Source: Antedon mediterranea
Lineage: Eukaryota > Animalia > Echinodermata
Direction: 5' to 3'
Assembly: GCF_964355755.1 (NCBI RefSeq)
Contig: NC_092675.1
Span: forward strand, 7,807,812 to 7,871,811
DNA: 64,000 nucleotides
Part shown: piece by piece, positions 1-13,547 of the stretch
Layout: each line of letters starts with the position of its first letter
How positions within the stretch are numbered: the first letter of the stretch is position 1
Program-made: the position numbers and the translations under genes
Notes under the pieces: model-generated
The model's database searches: none
Told to the model about the DNA's origin: nothing
What the model saw: the letters and a program-made list of their open reading frames with translations, nothing else

Positions 1-2069
1 GTGTTAGCTCATCATACCACGGAGGAATTACAGACAATGATTTCACATGACCTTCAGAAGAGTGTGTCGTAACCTTTTTTCGTTGTACTTATTACAATTG
101 CCAAATAATAATAATAATAATATACAATTATTATAATGAATAAAACAAGAAGACAGCAGATGGGCTTATGAACAGGGGCATGAAACAATATTTATATAAC
201 ATTGAATTGAACATAGTCTGGAAAAGAAACTGGTACCGAAGAGAAATTTCTAATTCCGAATTCCGAATTCACAATTGCAAGAACCACTTGTTTAAACATC
301 GACTTACCATACATTTATTGTGTAGGTCCAATCATAACAAATGTTGTAATTAATAAAATCTATGTAATGTGTCGCTTTAACAATAAGAATATTTCTACAT
401 ATTATGCATGAGCGAAAGGGATGAAAAGGAAAGGGGATTTCCCAGTTTTGTGTAAATTGTAATTATTGGTGACGTCATCGAGAAACAGTATAGACTGCAT
501 GTTAAAAGTCCTCAACATCGGTTTCCTTTAATGTTGCGTACTACAATCGGTCAATCTGTCTAGTCTGTTACGAATATTAATTACTTTCGCCCATGACTAG
601 ACATATTTTATGAAAGGTATATATTTGCCTTGAGCGTTTTAATGTTGATGGGTTTCTGCCCAAAGGAGGTTCTGGTTTGAGGTACCTAGACAATGTGCCT
701 TACCTGGCAGGCGACGTGTATTAATTGTCCCATCAGTTCCCACGCCTCCTACACATTACTTCACTGTAATTTTAAGTCCAACCGTATTACAATGTTAATA
801 TTGCAGTTTAAACTTAGTCAAGAGGTAAGCCACTCTAATGCTCATTTTTATAAATTAGCCGAGTGTTTAAACCATGAGATATCCTAAATAAAAGGATTTT
901 TTTTTTCTTAAAGCAGTTCCATAATTTTTTCTATACATTTTTCATTTGAACCTTGTTTGAACTGAAAATTTAACAAAACATAAAATTGAAAATACCTAGT
1001 CTGTTAGTTAAAAAGTCTGCTCAATACGTCATCTATAAGAACACCAAATTGAATCCGATAATGTTGTTTCAGACAAACAAAATGATTTAGTATTTGGTAC
1101 CAGGGACGTTAATCTCTTTACAGCTCAAAACAATTGATAGGCCTATAGGTGAAGCGTCATAGGCAAAATGTGCAAAACGTAGGCCTATGTATACAACTCA
1201 CAAGTAAAGTAAGAATTTAATGTAGGTCTATTTAAATTATTATTGTATACAACTTTTCATTTTCAATTTTGGTGAGCCATTTGACAGTGATTCATTTCGC
1301 TTTTTCATGATTAACCAGTCATTTGGATTTTGAACTTTTTTTTCTTTTTCGACGAAATAAATTAAATGAAAAGGGTTTATTAAAAACTGGTCCTGATTAA
1401 AAGAAAACGACGTTGGCGGTTGAAAATGACACCATTCCCTGTACCACGGAGAGTATCCCATTATCATAACATTATGAGTGTAAACTGTTAATTAATACAT
1501 TGTGCCAAAATATAGAATTTTAAGGATGTCTTCGTCTATTAATTGTGGCCTGTATTAATTACAGTGGGTATCAACAACTACATTGTTACGGGAAATATAA
1601 GGGGAAACCACCGATATGCCCCAATTAATTCAATTAGACATATACTTCAATTCCATGCTCAAAATGTTATAAATCTGATGTTTCAAATGCTCCAAACTAA
1701 CTGCAATCTGAAGATTTTCCATTCAGAATTACTTCGCCCACGGAAAACATTAATTCAAGGTCTGTGACATGCGCAATCACTTCTGATTTATTTAAGTAAT
1801 TACAGTATGTTTTTAAGTGTTTAATTATTAATTATAAATGTGAATAAACCGCTATGTGGTGGGTGTTAGGAATTAGGCCCTATCCTGCTATAAAATGCAA
1901 GATATTTCGTTTTAATAAAACAGATCTAAATGTTTCTAACAACTAGAAACTCACGTTTTGACAGAATAAATGAACTTGTTTCATTCGTTTGCAATAATGT
2001 AAACAAAATCAATGCATTGTTACATTTACAACATGCCTTGGATTTTTAAAGGGAAATGTTTTAATGGAT

Positions 2070-2113
2070 ATTTTTAAAGGGACATTTTTAAAGGGACATT
2101 TTTAAAGGGACAT
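2070..2113. repeat. 14-bp tandem repeat (ATTTTTAAAGGGAC)x3
   Basis: Read directly; degenerate copies extend upstream to ~2042. Confidence 0.85.
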
Positions 2114-2700
2114 GGTCGAGAGTACCGTATTCGATCGGTTAATGCAGAGGTGTCGCAACCCATATATAACCACAACACAGTTTCAGCACTCTCCTCGACT
2201 AAATGGTTCTGTGGTAGAACTTCTCAGAGAAGGATTTAAAACTGGATGTGTTCAGGGTACACATCTGGTTCGTGTCCTTTGTGAATATTTATTTATCCCA
2301 ATGAGCATCACGTTTTTCAGTTTCAGATAATTCACAGATAGGCCTAATACATTGAATTAAAAATATATAAGAACAAATATGGTAATAATAATTACAATAA
2401 TGACGACGAAAATGATATTTTTAATTTTATTTATGAATGTTAGTATTATAGGGTGTGTTTTTAAATGTATTTATTTGTACATATCTTCTGTTTATATGTA
2501 TTGTTTTTATAGTAATTTTTATAATAATCATTTCTGTAAAGCTTCTGATATTGATATTTATATATATATATGAATTAATGGTCATTGCCTAATGTGTTTG
2601 GGGCGTTTGGGGTGTTTTCTCATTTTCACAGATTTCTCATCTTTATCGTTTCAAATTAATTAATTAAATTTCGGTAGAATTAATGTTCATTGCCTGATAT

Positions 2701-2703
<3 letters not shown>

Positions 2704-2732
<29 letters not shown>
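2704..2732. repeat. (TA)n microsatellite
   Basis: Read directly. Confidence 0.95.
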
Positions 2733-2738
<6 letters not shown>

Positions 2739-4124
2739 TTTAATATTTTAATTGTTTTAACTCTGAGCAAATGGACTTCTCCTTTGGAGATTAATACAAT
2801 TCTGAATCTGATTGAAGAACACTATGCATCTTTCTTTTCGGAAGAGATGGGGTCCGGTGTATTGGTCCATATCATATTATTCCTGAAGATGGAAGCGCCG
2901 CATTGGGGTTGCCATTGTCAGTGGAAAACTCAATCCCATTTCCCTGAATTGAGGATGAATACAAACAAAACAGTGAAACAAAAACAAATAAAACATAGCA
3001 AACATACTTTTGCTAAATAAATACATTTTAATAAATTGTATTCCTTTTAAATTTTTCTTTTTTTCCGTTCAATTTCAACATACGGAAAGTATATAATAGT
3101 ATAGATTTTTTTTCTACATCACAATAAGTACATAATTATTCCATAAAGATTATGATTATTAATATCTAGAGAGTAGACCTCATAACAGTGCACTATTTCA
3201 TTACCTGCTATACTTATTGTACTCAACCGAACAAAACCAATTTTGGCATACACTTCGCCGACATTTATGACCTTGTTTTTATATAAACTTGCACTAATAT
3301 CATACGATTTTCACACTAATTGTCAAAAGTATTTTAACTCCAATAAATTATGAATTTTTATTGTATGAGCCAAGGGAATTATTGCCGGTGCTTAGATAAA
3401 GAAAATGTCTTTTTGTTGTCTGAATCTGAATACTTTCTTGTGATTTGAACCCGATCCTCCCACGGCTAACACCCACGGACTGCGATGTCGTCCCTGGATC
3501 GAACAATTAACTCTAACCTGATTATCACTCTACACACATACAGCGCTCTGTCCTAAAGAGATTCTTACATTGTAAGTTGTAATCTATTTTATGATCGACA
3601 TTTCGAATTCAAGAGTTTCGTTGTTTTCTGCAAGGACATGTTAATCATTATTATAATAGTCAAGCACTTTATTTTGTGTAACACGTTAAAGGTGCTCTGT
3701 AATTATTGATATCAAATAGAATCATCATCCTTTTTGACATTAATAATTTGTAATCGTTAAATGATTTAGCCTTATTTTCAATTAGTCTATTTTGAATCAT
3801 TCAAGATAAAAACCCACCTTCCGCAGCGGCTTACCACGTGACTCATATACTATTTTCATTTTTGGACGGGAACTATTTAATTTTATTTTGATATACATTA
3901 AAGCTTTTTAATAAACTTTTCTGAAAAGTTCAGATAATATTAATAAGTACGGTAAAAAATAAATTATGCGCCCACGTTAGCGGTTCCGTACCTGTCATTT
4001 TGTACCTCGCATTTTTTTTTTGTGCAATTCAATTCATTTCAATTTATGCCAGTAGCCAATAAGCGAACGGTTGCATCGCAATAGATATTTACTGGTGAAA
4101 GGCATAGGCTACTCACATAAATAA

Positions 4125-4306
4125 AGCGTGGTTCCCACTAGCGACGCAACACAAGGACGTAACGCAACGCAAGTGAATTGACCAATCACAAGCGATGGCT
4201 TATTCGCTTCAAGTGATTGCTAACTGTCTATAACTTCGCTTGTCATTGGTTAAAACGCTTGCGTTGCGTTTACGTCCTTGTGTTACGTTCTAGTGGGAAC
4301 CACGCT
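4125..4306. mobile_element. MITE family A, subtype 1 (PIF/Harbinger-like)
   Basis: TIR AGCGTGGTTCCCACTAG...CTAGTGGGAACCACGCT with TAA on both flanks; near-identical copies at 20423 and 63735. Confidence 0.85.
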
Positions 4307-6372
4307 TAACAGTACATTGTTTAGGTAGTTGTTATAGTTAGGTCTATAGTTTGCAATGCAAACGTCATGTTTCTCTCAGTGCATGTATCTCCACATTTCT
4401 GACAATATTTCCAGTATCATGAACATTGTATTAGCATCTCGTGTGTTTAACGTGCGATTCCTGTACCACCTGGAAATTAAGTTAAACGCTAGGTGCGGGC
4501 AAAAAATGTCTATTGATCATACATTTCAATAATTATCGATCTATAGTTTTCCCTATGTTTAATAATTTTTGGGAGTTTATTTGTGTTACTCCAGATTGTT
4601 GAAAATAAGCACTTTCTTATCAATAAAATCTCTATTCTTTTGTACACGCATTTTGTAAATAGAGAGGCATTTTAAAAAGCTATGAAAACTAAACGGTGTG
4701 GTAAAAAAATGTTATCAGATGACTATAATAAAGGTAATATAACCCTTTTCACCTTCTAGGGAGTCACCAGACATGTTATTACATTAGGTTAACTACCTAA
4801 CTACTGAAAAAAGGTCTTTCTGGTTTTTATGTAAGAATTTTGATGATACTGACTGGGCAGCAATACCCCCTCCTCCGGAACACCACTTTAGTGAGAAGAA
4901 CCCCAATCAACTCATTTATTCAGATAATATAAATACAACACACATGTCGTCACAACATAGTTTATAGTCGTTAGATTTTGTTTTATTTATTTATAATTTT
5001 TTTAATACTTCATTGATCTGAATAATATTGAACTAAAAGGCATTCCACAGACGTGGAGCTAACCGAGTTTCTAAACGAGTCAAAGTAATAGCCTATCGCA
5101 AATAAAAGAGTATAAGCCCAGTAGGTCTATATTATTATATAAGCCTTTTGATTAAATCTGAGCTTTGGCTCGAACTAACCACACAACTTCTTCACGTGTT
5201 AACTAGGCCTTACACACCACCACCACAAAATAATAATAATACTACTTAGAAGCTGATGTTCATGGAATACATTAATTATAAAGTATACATATATTTAGAT
5301 GGAAATATTTATGTGTGTCCGAAAACAGAAGAAATCGCCTACGGGTAGTTTATTAAATTCCCTGATAATCGTTTTCACTTTAGAGTAGTAGGCTTATAAT
5401 CAGCGCCCCCTGTAGAATATTGGATTGGCTGTTGAAGAGAATTTCCAGTTACTGTGGAATAGTTATTGAAAGACCCATACACATACGCGTAATAAATCTC
5501 TTTCTCTTTCTCTCTCTCCTAATTTATTTTCAAAATGTTATGAATTTTAATATAATAAAAATATTAATATTTAATAACAATAAGCTATCCGCTACTGGGT
5601 AGGTCTATGCAATCTAATAAAATGTTGTTGAGTGACGCCTTAAGCCGACACAAACCGTTGATCAATAAGCTGTTACTTTTTCGCGGAAGACGAGGGAATG
5701 AAATGAAATGAAAAAGTTATTAATTTGAATTTGAATATCAAAACTATACATGCTGCCTGACGGGTTACATCCAATACATACAGTTAAAGGTCAATGGATG
5801 AATTATGAATGTTTAACAGTAATCATGCTTTCTGATAAATGTACCTGAGGCTGTAAACATCATTGGTGACTTTCAAATATCATTACTTTATAGCAGGCAG
5901 CGTACCCGAATCAAACATTTCAAAATGATTGATATCAAAAGGAAACGCAACAGTATTTAAAATCGTTATGCTCAAATTATTTGGATTTTAAAATAAGGAC
6001 CATTGCAGGCAAACATACATTGATAGGGCTACGTAAGACCCATTGCAATCGTAGAGTATGCCAAATGCACCATTGAGGACAAAAAAAAAACAAAACCGAT
6101 GTTCTGCAGAATTGAGGCTATACAATATCGTAATTAGGCACCCGAATCTCGGTACTGTATCTAGAGATTTCTCCAGTTATGATAGGATTATTTGGTAATA
6201 CAGCATCACATGTATCTTTTACTCTTATTGTCATATCCATATTACCCGGTAGAACCCTAAACTTGCAGCAGGTGACCACATGCGATACAAATTAGATGCT
6301 AAGAATATTTTACAAATATTGTAACATGTGGCCGGTGATACAGCATTGAGAACGATGATGGTAATCGATATA

Positions 6373-7992
6373 GGGTGTTTCGAAACTAGAGACCCGAGAC
6401 CAGAGACCAGAGACCAGAGACCCAATACGAAAAGGGAGACCCCACTATACGAAAAGGGAGACCCAAATATACGAAAATGGAGACCCAAATATACAAAAAG
6501 GGAGACCCAAATATACAAAAAGGGAGACCCAAATATACGAAAAAGGAGACCCAAATATACGAAAAGGGATACCCAAATATACGAAAAGGGAGACCCAAAT
6601 ATACGAAAATGGAGACCCAAATATACAAAAAGGGAGACTCAAATATACGAAAAGGGAGACCCAAATATACAAAAATGGAAACCCAAATATACGAAAAGGG
6701 AGACCCAAATATACGAAAATGGAAACCTAAAATATACAGTTATTACGTCGGCCCAGAGCCGCCTTAACTGTAGATACTCAAAACCAAAGTTTTGTTCACA
6801 GTCAGTGTTTTAGGTCGGCCCAGGGTCGCCTTTCGAACGTTCACAACTGTCTTTCCGCCGAACAGGAAGATTCAGGCAGCTCGCTTGGCATGCTGGGAAG
6901 GGTATATTCTCAAAACACAATATAGTTGACCCTATGAAGGCGACCCCAACAATTTCAATCATTATCCAATATGACACATTACACAGTTAAAGCAGATGTT
7001 ATAAACATCTGTATTATTTAATATACAGCCGAGAATTTTACATTCTATTTTTACTTCTTTCTGCATTAATTAATATTTACATTTTATTAAAATAGATGGG
7101 AAACCCCCACAAAAGATGGGAAACCCCCACAAAAGATGGAAATATATAGGCCTATCAATTTACACAGCGTTAAAAGCTTCACAACATATATAAATAAATC
7201 CAGGCTACTGTATTATTCAATATTTTTTTACATCAAGTTTCTTCTTTAATATGATTTGTGAAAATATGTTTTCAATCAATACAATGAATCAATGTACACT
7301 TATGTGGATAATGAAACAATGTAAAATTATAATTTTAATGGTAATGATATAATGATGGTAGTAACGAGAGAATAAATACTTTCACCCGAACCATAAAAAA
7401 TCCACCCTGGCTACGGGCCTGAATTGGCTGTCGGACATAACATAGTTTAAACTTGATTGCGCTCTAAAAAAAGAACTGAATATATTAAAAAACGATATTC
7501 AATACATAAAAAAACCTCATATGCTCAAACTATAAGTAAGCTCACAACCTATTCTCATAAATTCAAAATTCTCATTCTGATAAAATACGCAAAATTCATG
7601 AAACGTTGCGCAACTGTAAACAACATCATGGTAATATTTTGTTTGTAAGTTTTTGTGAAAAGCGATACACCAAAATGGCAGAAACCGTTCAGACAATAAC
7701 GCCACGAGCAGATAACCAGAAAGTTAAAAAAAACAGTAAATTGACGTATTTAAGTTATCGAACATTTGGGTCTCCCTTTTCGTATATCTGGGTCTCCCTT
7801 TTCGTATATTTGGGTCTCCCTTTTCGTATATTTGGGGTCTCCCTTTTCGTATAGTGGGGTCTCCATTTTCGTATAGTGGGGTCTCCCTTTTCGTATAGTG
7901 GGGTCTCCCTTTTCGTATAGTGGGGTCTCCCTTTTTGTATAGGGTCTCGGGTCTCTGGTCTCTGGTCTCGGGTCTCTAGTTTCGAAACACCC
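6373..7992. mobile_element. Foldback-type element with modular minisatellite inverted arms
   Basis: Ends GGGTGTTTCGAAACTAGAGACCC / GGGTCTCTAGTTTCGAAACACCC. Each arm has (GAGACCA)n then 22-bp units AAATATACGAAAAGGGAGACCC (left arm to ~6740, right arm from ~7762), around a ~1-kb non-coding middle. Confidence 0.8.
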
Positions 7993-8066
7993 GGTAAGCG
8001 ATCATCCTGACAGTAATTAGTAATCAATAATGTGTTTTTAATCAATTTATTTAACCGGTTTATTCA

Positions 8067-8277
8067 GGATTTGGATAGCCGAGTGGTTAGGACAATTGAC
8101 TGTCATACAGATAGACCCGGGTTCAATTCCCGACAACTCCCAGTCCACTCAGGAGAAAAACTATGGAGAAAAAAGGCGGCGGCCACCCTACCACATAATG
8201 CCGAGGCTTAGTACAATGAGCTCCCTAACAGCTCATTCCCTTACGTTCAGAATGAATACGGGACTCACCTCACCTTA
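8067..8277 (+). mobile_element. tRNA-derived SINE (head resembles tRNA-Asp, GTC)
   Basis: A box TAGCCGAGTGG 8076-8086, B box GGTTCAATTCC 8120-8130, CT-GTC-AT loop with a broken anticodon stem, then ~135 nt of body ending in CACCTCACCT. Confidence 0.7.
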
Positions 8278-9652
8278 TCCAGGCCATTGATAACTTATAA
8301 CTAGACATTTTAAGGACTCTCTGTGGCCACAGATAACGATATTGTTTGATGGTTTGCATGGCGAAATCAAATGTTGATATAAAGTTTGCGGAGGTTACAC
8401 CACGTATATTAGTTTCGATCAATATGCTTTGATCACCTCAGGAGTGAGAAAAGGTCCGATCTAATTGTGTTAAGACAGTTTCAAAATCAGTTAAGCAAAT
8501 ATTTCTCGTGATTTTTGATCGTGAAAGAAAAATGTTAAATATTTTTTAAAGCAAAACCTAGCAAAAAGAATGTAGCTTTTACTGGTATGTCGGACCAAAC
8601 AGAATTATAAAAACTGTTGAGACTAAAGTACTAAATTGTTAATCAATTATAATAATATTTGACTGCGTGGTTAATATTGTTTTGATGAGTTTAGTGTTTG
8701 ATGAATATTGTTTAAACATCAGTTTATTATTTTGCTTTCAAAGGAAGTGATTTCAATAGGATTTTATTCAGTTCACATAATCATTAGTGAAAGCGATAAT
8801 TATACGGTCTGGTAGGCTACTTATAATTATTATTGACTGTGGCCTACTCAAATTAGGTTTCACAATAAGAAGATGATGATATTTCTGACACTTATTACTA
8901 TGAGTGTGTATTATACAAACAGAAATGTACAAACTATTTATTAAACACAAGTACTAAATTACTAATAAATTATGATATAATATTTGAGTGAGTGGTCGAT
9001 GTTTGATGTTCGTGTTCAATGAATTGTTTAATTAATCAATTTCGTCGTAAAAAGATTTTCTTAAGACAGCGCGGCCAATGAACCTCGTTTCAAAGGTTGC
9101 CTTATTTACTGCTGTCATTGACACATGGAATAGTTAACAAGTCTTTGACAATTTATAAAAGAAATGATAATAGTTGAGAGTGTACTGAATGTGGCAAAAG
9201 CGGTAAAGAATTGGTCTTCTCTTCTCGTCACGCGACGTCTTCCTGTCCTGTGGTTTATTTTCACCTCATCGTCTTTAACAATTGTCGTCTCAACCCCACA
9301 CACCTTACCTGAACAAACGGCCACAATATAACATTTCTAACATTCTCGTCAATTTTTGTTTCACAAACTGGTCATTATTGAGCCGAAACAAAAATAAGTT
9401 AACAATTTAGAAAGAATAATTTTATGAATATTTATTAGGCTAGGTTTCATTTTTGTTTATTATGACTGACTTATCACATATGTACATCATCCAAACAATG
9501 GCATACAGTAGTAGTAGAGCATTTCCTTTGAGACACCTCTATTCATGGGACACCCCTATTTAAGGGGACACTTTTGAGCATGTTTTAAGGTAAGGCCCAC
9601 TCTTCTCAAGATACATTTTTCAGTGTGCCAAATGTTTGATTCAAACGCCTAA

Positions 9653-9804
9653 AGCTCTGTTTACACTAACAAACTAGTTTGACAAAAAAAGTGTGATGTT
9701 CCCAGATATGATAGTGATTATGCTCGAATATGGTAGTGATATGACATCATCAAGTGGCCACATCACATTTTTTTCACATAAAGTTTGATAGTGTAGACAG
9801 GGCT
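9653..9804. mobile_element. MITE family B (PIF/Harbinger-like)
   Basis: TIR AGCTCTGTYTACACTA...TAGTGTAGACAGGGCT, TWA flanks; same family as 22891, 51549, 56318, 60143. Confidence 0.85.
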
Positions 9805-11794
9805 TTAGAACAAAAAAGACCAAATAATTATATCTATTTATATCTCTACTATACAAAATTGGATATAACAAATTATGATACTTTCTCTTGCTTGACAGTT
9901 TTCATTGGTGAAACTTTGGCTGCTAAAGTTTCGATTCTTCTCTTTTCCAGATTCTAGATCATTTAGTTTTCATTTGGGCATAATCGTCTTTTTTCCACCA
10001 TATAGAGAAAAGAAAATCATTTTTTGGCACACTCCTCTAAATAGATATCGCCTAAAAAGGCACTCCTATTCAGGAGACACCGCTATCAATGGGGACAATT
10101 TGTTGGTTAAATAATGGTTTTACTGCATGGATATAAAGATTTTCAAAATGTTACCTATATAAAAATGCTTGTACCGAATTGAACAAAGTCTTGTGGTATG
10201 GTACAGTCCAGGTCTTAATTTAGTGTAGCATTATGTATAAATATTGAAATTACCATTTTTCAATATCACCTATTTTATTATTTAATTTTTATATGGCCTT
10301 ATTTTCAATCATAATTTTAATTTTATAATACAACATATGGTTACATAAAGAAATCTCAGAAACCATTGTTTTAAAATGCATGTGGGAAGTAGTATCGAGT
10401 CAGTCACCTTTAATCAAGCTTATTACTAGCTAGCACAGTATTTACATCTCGCTGATAAAAACCCCCGCGTTTCCTGAAAATCAAAGAATTCAAAGCGAGA
10501 GCCACTGCATTGCATTTTTCTATTGTCTAACTACCCTGGAGGCAACCCACTTAAGAACCATAATATTATCATTCTGTGAATACATATTTCTAATTAAAAT
10601 TAATTGAAACAATTTCATGTTAACGATGAATATTATTCAGTGAAAATGTAGTTTATAGAAATCCATCAACTTAATAAGCATGTTATGAAATATCGTGGCA
10701 ATCACCTTTCTAATAACGCGACCAAAAAGTTTGACGATGAAATAATTTAGATAAAAAATGAATCGTTAGGCCTATAAAAAAAATGTAAATTCCCTTGCAT
10801 TAACTCATTGGCATTTATCGATAAGATACCGGAAATCTAATCCGTTGCAACAGCCTCATCCCAGGTTTCTCCTGCATGCAGGGAATCCACCAGACTTGCC
10901 CCATGTATTGTCTATGTTAGTCCACCAGTCGGCGTTTCGATTTTTGTCCATAAATACAAGCTCCAAGTAGTATTACGTATGAAACGCCATATGTGCCAAA
11001 ATATTCATAGATTTACTAATCCTTTTACTAATATTAAGTCAAAACTCCATATGGATCCAACGACAGCGAGACTCGTGCAGTTGACGAAAGGCGTGCACTA
11101 TTACGAGCGCGAAACCGACGATAAGGTACGCTAAATAAAAGAAAGCTTTAAATGAAGCCACATTTTAATACTATTAGTAAATTTATGCATTGTCATTTTA
11201 CTTTCCACGTTTTCAATCCCATTTCGTTCAAATCGATATCAAATCCTGTTACTTCATATGAAAAGTTCGCTACGAGGTCGTATACTTAATACTGCTAATC
11301 AAGCGCCCACGGACGATCCCTTTTGTTAAATTAAAATCGGTTAATTGTTATTATAACATAGCGACACACACAAGCGCCTACAGTTTTATCAATAAAGGAT
11401 GAAACAGCAAAATGTATTCAAAACTAGCGTATCAATATTGTTGTAGTTTTATTTCTATAATTTTCTGTTGTTCTTTATCCTTCCGACCAATGACCTCTCA
11501 AAATCCGACTCACTTGATTATAAATTGACAATCTATATATTTGCATGAATTTATTAGACCTAGGCAGTCTAATTCTAAATTAAGGATTATTAATAAAGTC
11601 CAATTCAAAATTTAAATTATCACCGTAGGGCTAACAGATATAACACTTTTCAGTAGGCCTTTCCAACAAGTGTATACTTGCTTGTCGAGGTTTTTTTTCA
11701 CCACAAAAAAAAAAAAAATAATTTCAAAATCTAATAGCAAACATGCCTCGCTAGGATGGGAAACCCATGTTTTCTACCTAAGTCAAAATAAGAG

Positions 11795-11862
11795 GCATTG
11801 TGGCGTAGGGCTTGAACCAAGGGCCCTGGGATTTGGTAAGAAGAATGTCAACCAGACCACCA
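11795..11862 (-). mobile_element. Degenerate tRNA-like SINE head
   Basis: Minus strand TGGTGGTCTGGTTG (A-box-like) ... GGTTCAAGCCC (B box) at tRNA-like spacing; stems do not pair. Confidence 0.35.
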
Positions 11863-12452
11863 ATTAACAATTTCAAAAAATAAATATATCGGTTTTGCGA
11901 TTAAGAAAAAATATATAGGCCAATTCATATGCAGAAACATAAGAATATATAAAACAATCATTGGCATAACGACACGGAAGAGCAATAATAAATAAATCAT
12001 TTATCCTTTTTTCACAATTTTGTCTTACCACCTCTGGTCCTATTGATAGAATTCTGTTGCGTCAAACGAATAAACATTATCCTAGGGTTAATACGCAAAT
12101 ATCAGACAACCGATGCTCTTTAAAAGGCAATAGGTCTAAACAAGCGAAAATATATTAGAAATATCTCCATATGATACTTGATCAACGTCATTTTCTACCA
12201 TAGGAGGATTCAGATTCTGGACATTGTCCGGTTATACAATAAGATTGAGAACAAAACTTGTATCCATGGATACATAACAAAAATATCATAAGAGAATCGT
12301 CATTAGTTCAGCAAAATTTAAATTTAATCTTCAAAATTTACTATTATGACACATTTTAAACATTATGATTGTATTAATCATAACGCGGTTTACATCATGC
12401 TGCATAGATACCGTTGAACACAATCAACGCAGCCTCGATAGCTCAGTGAACG

Positions 12453-12501
12453 TGACGTCATTTAAGGCAAACATTGTCACGTTGACTACCTAATGACGTC
12501 A
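12453..12501. promoter_or_regulatory. Paired perfect CRE sites, candidate enhancer ~3.9 kb upstream of the midnolin ATG
   Basis: TGACGTCA at 12453-12460 and 12494-12501, 41 bp apart. Confidence 0.5.
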
Positions 12502-13419
12502 TACAATCGCCACGAACTGTTCATTCTATTTTTGAAGATGCGGTCATGGCGATTCCATTTTGTTATCTAGGGGAAACGGATTATAATACAAATTCAAAAG
12601 CACGCATTTTTTATTAGTGGTCGTTGCTAAAACAATTTTTTTTTTTCAAATTAATTCTGAAATTAGTATGGTGATTATTTTAAGAAACATTTCTTACAAA
12701 AGTCGCTCGATTCATTGACAGTTTTAATTATTTTTTTCTTCCTTCTTTAAAAGATGTTTTTATTGATATTCTAGCATTTAATAAACTAAGAAACAGTTCA
12801 ATCATTTTTGTTTAACAATCAGAAAGTAAACTTTTTGCGTAGAATAGCCTGAAATACACTACAGTATTACGTCGAGTTCATGTAATGTGCTTGGGCCGTT
12901 CAACAGCAGATGTTTTCATATACTCTCTTCTCCCAGACATGATTTGGGAGGGGGAAAGGCCTAATCCGAGTTTACAAATGCCCATATTTTCAGCCTCGTA
13001 AGTACAGTAATAGCTTCCGCGTTGATACTGTTTGTAATGATTCCGTCCTATGGACTATAAATGCCTAAAGGCGCGGCGCGAAAACTGAAAATCATCAGTT
13101 CTAAATCCGTAAATTGGCCTTCATTGTGTGTCATTTGAAAAACTTTTTATTTACGGTTCATTGGGTTACGAAAGCATGAAATGCATTAAAATCGATGTTG
13201 GCCGATTCAAGATATTAGATGATGGAGTTCAAGCTCAGACCAAGAAACGAGAATTATACGAGTGAAGAAACAATTCTCTTTTAATCATCAAACAAGCCGC
13301 TCACTGGGCTTAGGCCTATAATCACCGTCATTTACAATGTTAGAATAAATTATTCAGCCCACGCCTTTCTGAGGCTTCCTTTGTGATAAATGTTCAAGAA
13401 CACCGGGCTTTTTTTAAAT

Positions 13420-13547
13420 ATTTGTTCCCACTCACCCACAACGCAGTGAGTTGACCAATCACATGTGGAAGTTCTGATGATTCATCGCGTCGTGATTGGT
13501 CAATTATTGTGCCGCGCTTACTTCGTTGCGTCCAAGATAGGAAACAA
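13420..13547. mobile_element. Old degenerate copy of MITE family A
   Basis: TTGTTCCCACT...GTTGACCAATCACA...GTGATTGGTCAA...CGTTGCGTCC...GGAAACAA; same internal palindrome as 4125. Confidence 0.5.

Noticed and set aside
2784-3020. 78-aa ORF in the upstream region
   Set aside because: Non-ATG start, no homology recognised, and it ends in low-complexity A-rich sequence.
6423-6740. Possible CRISPR-like array
   Set aside because: Head-to-tail tandem units with no unique spacers, no cas genes, and a eukaryotic context.
6231-8045. ORFs with KGDPNIRK / LFVYLGLPFRIFGSP repeats
   Set aside because: Products of the 22-bp minisatellite arms, open in several frames on both strands.
8067-8141. Functional tRNA-Asp gene
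   Set aside because: The anticodon stem does not pair, there are extra bases before the D arm, there is no oligo-T terminator, and it continues into a SINE-like body.
9505-10127. Tc1/pogo-like host element around MITE B (repeated GGACACC..TATT motifs, TACAGTA / TACTGCA ends)
   Set aside because: Probably real but too decayed to fix boundaries or class.
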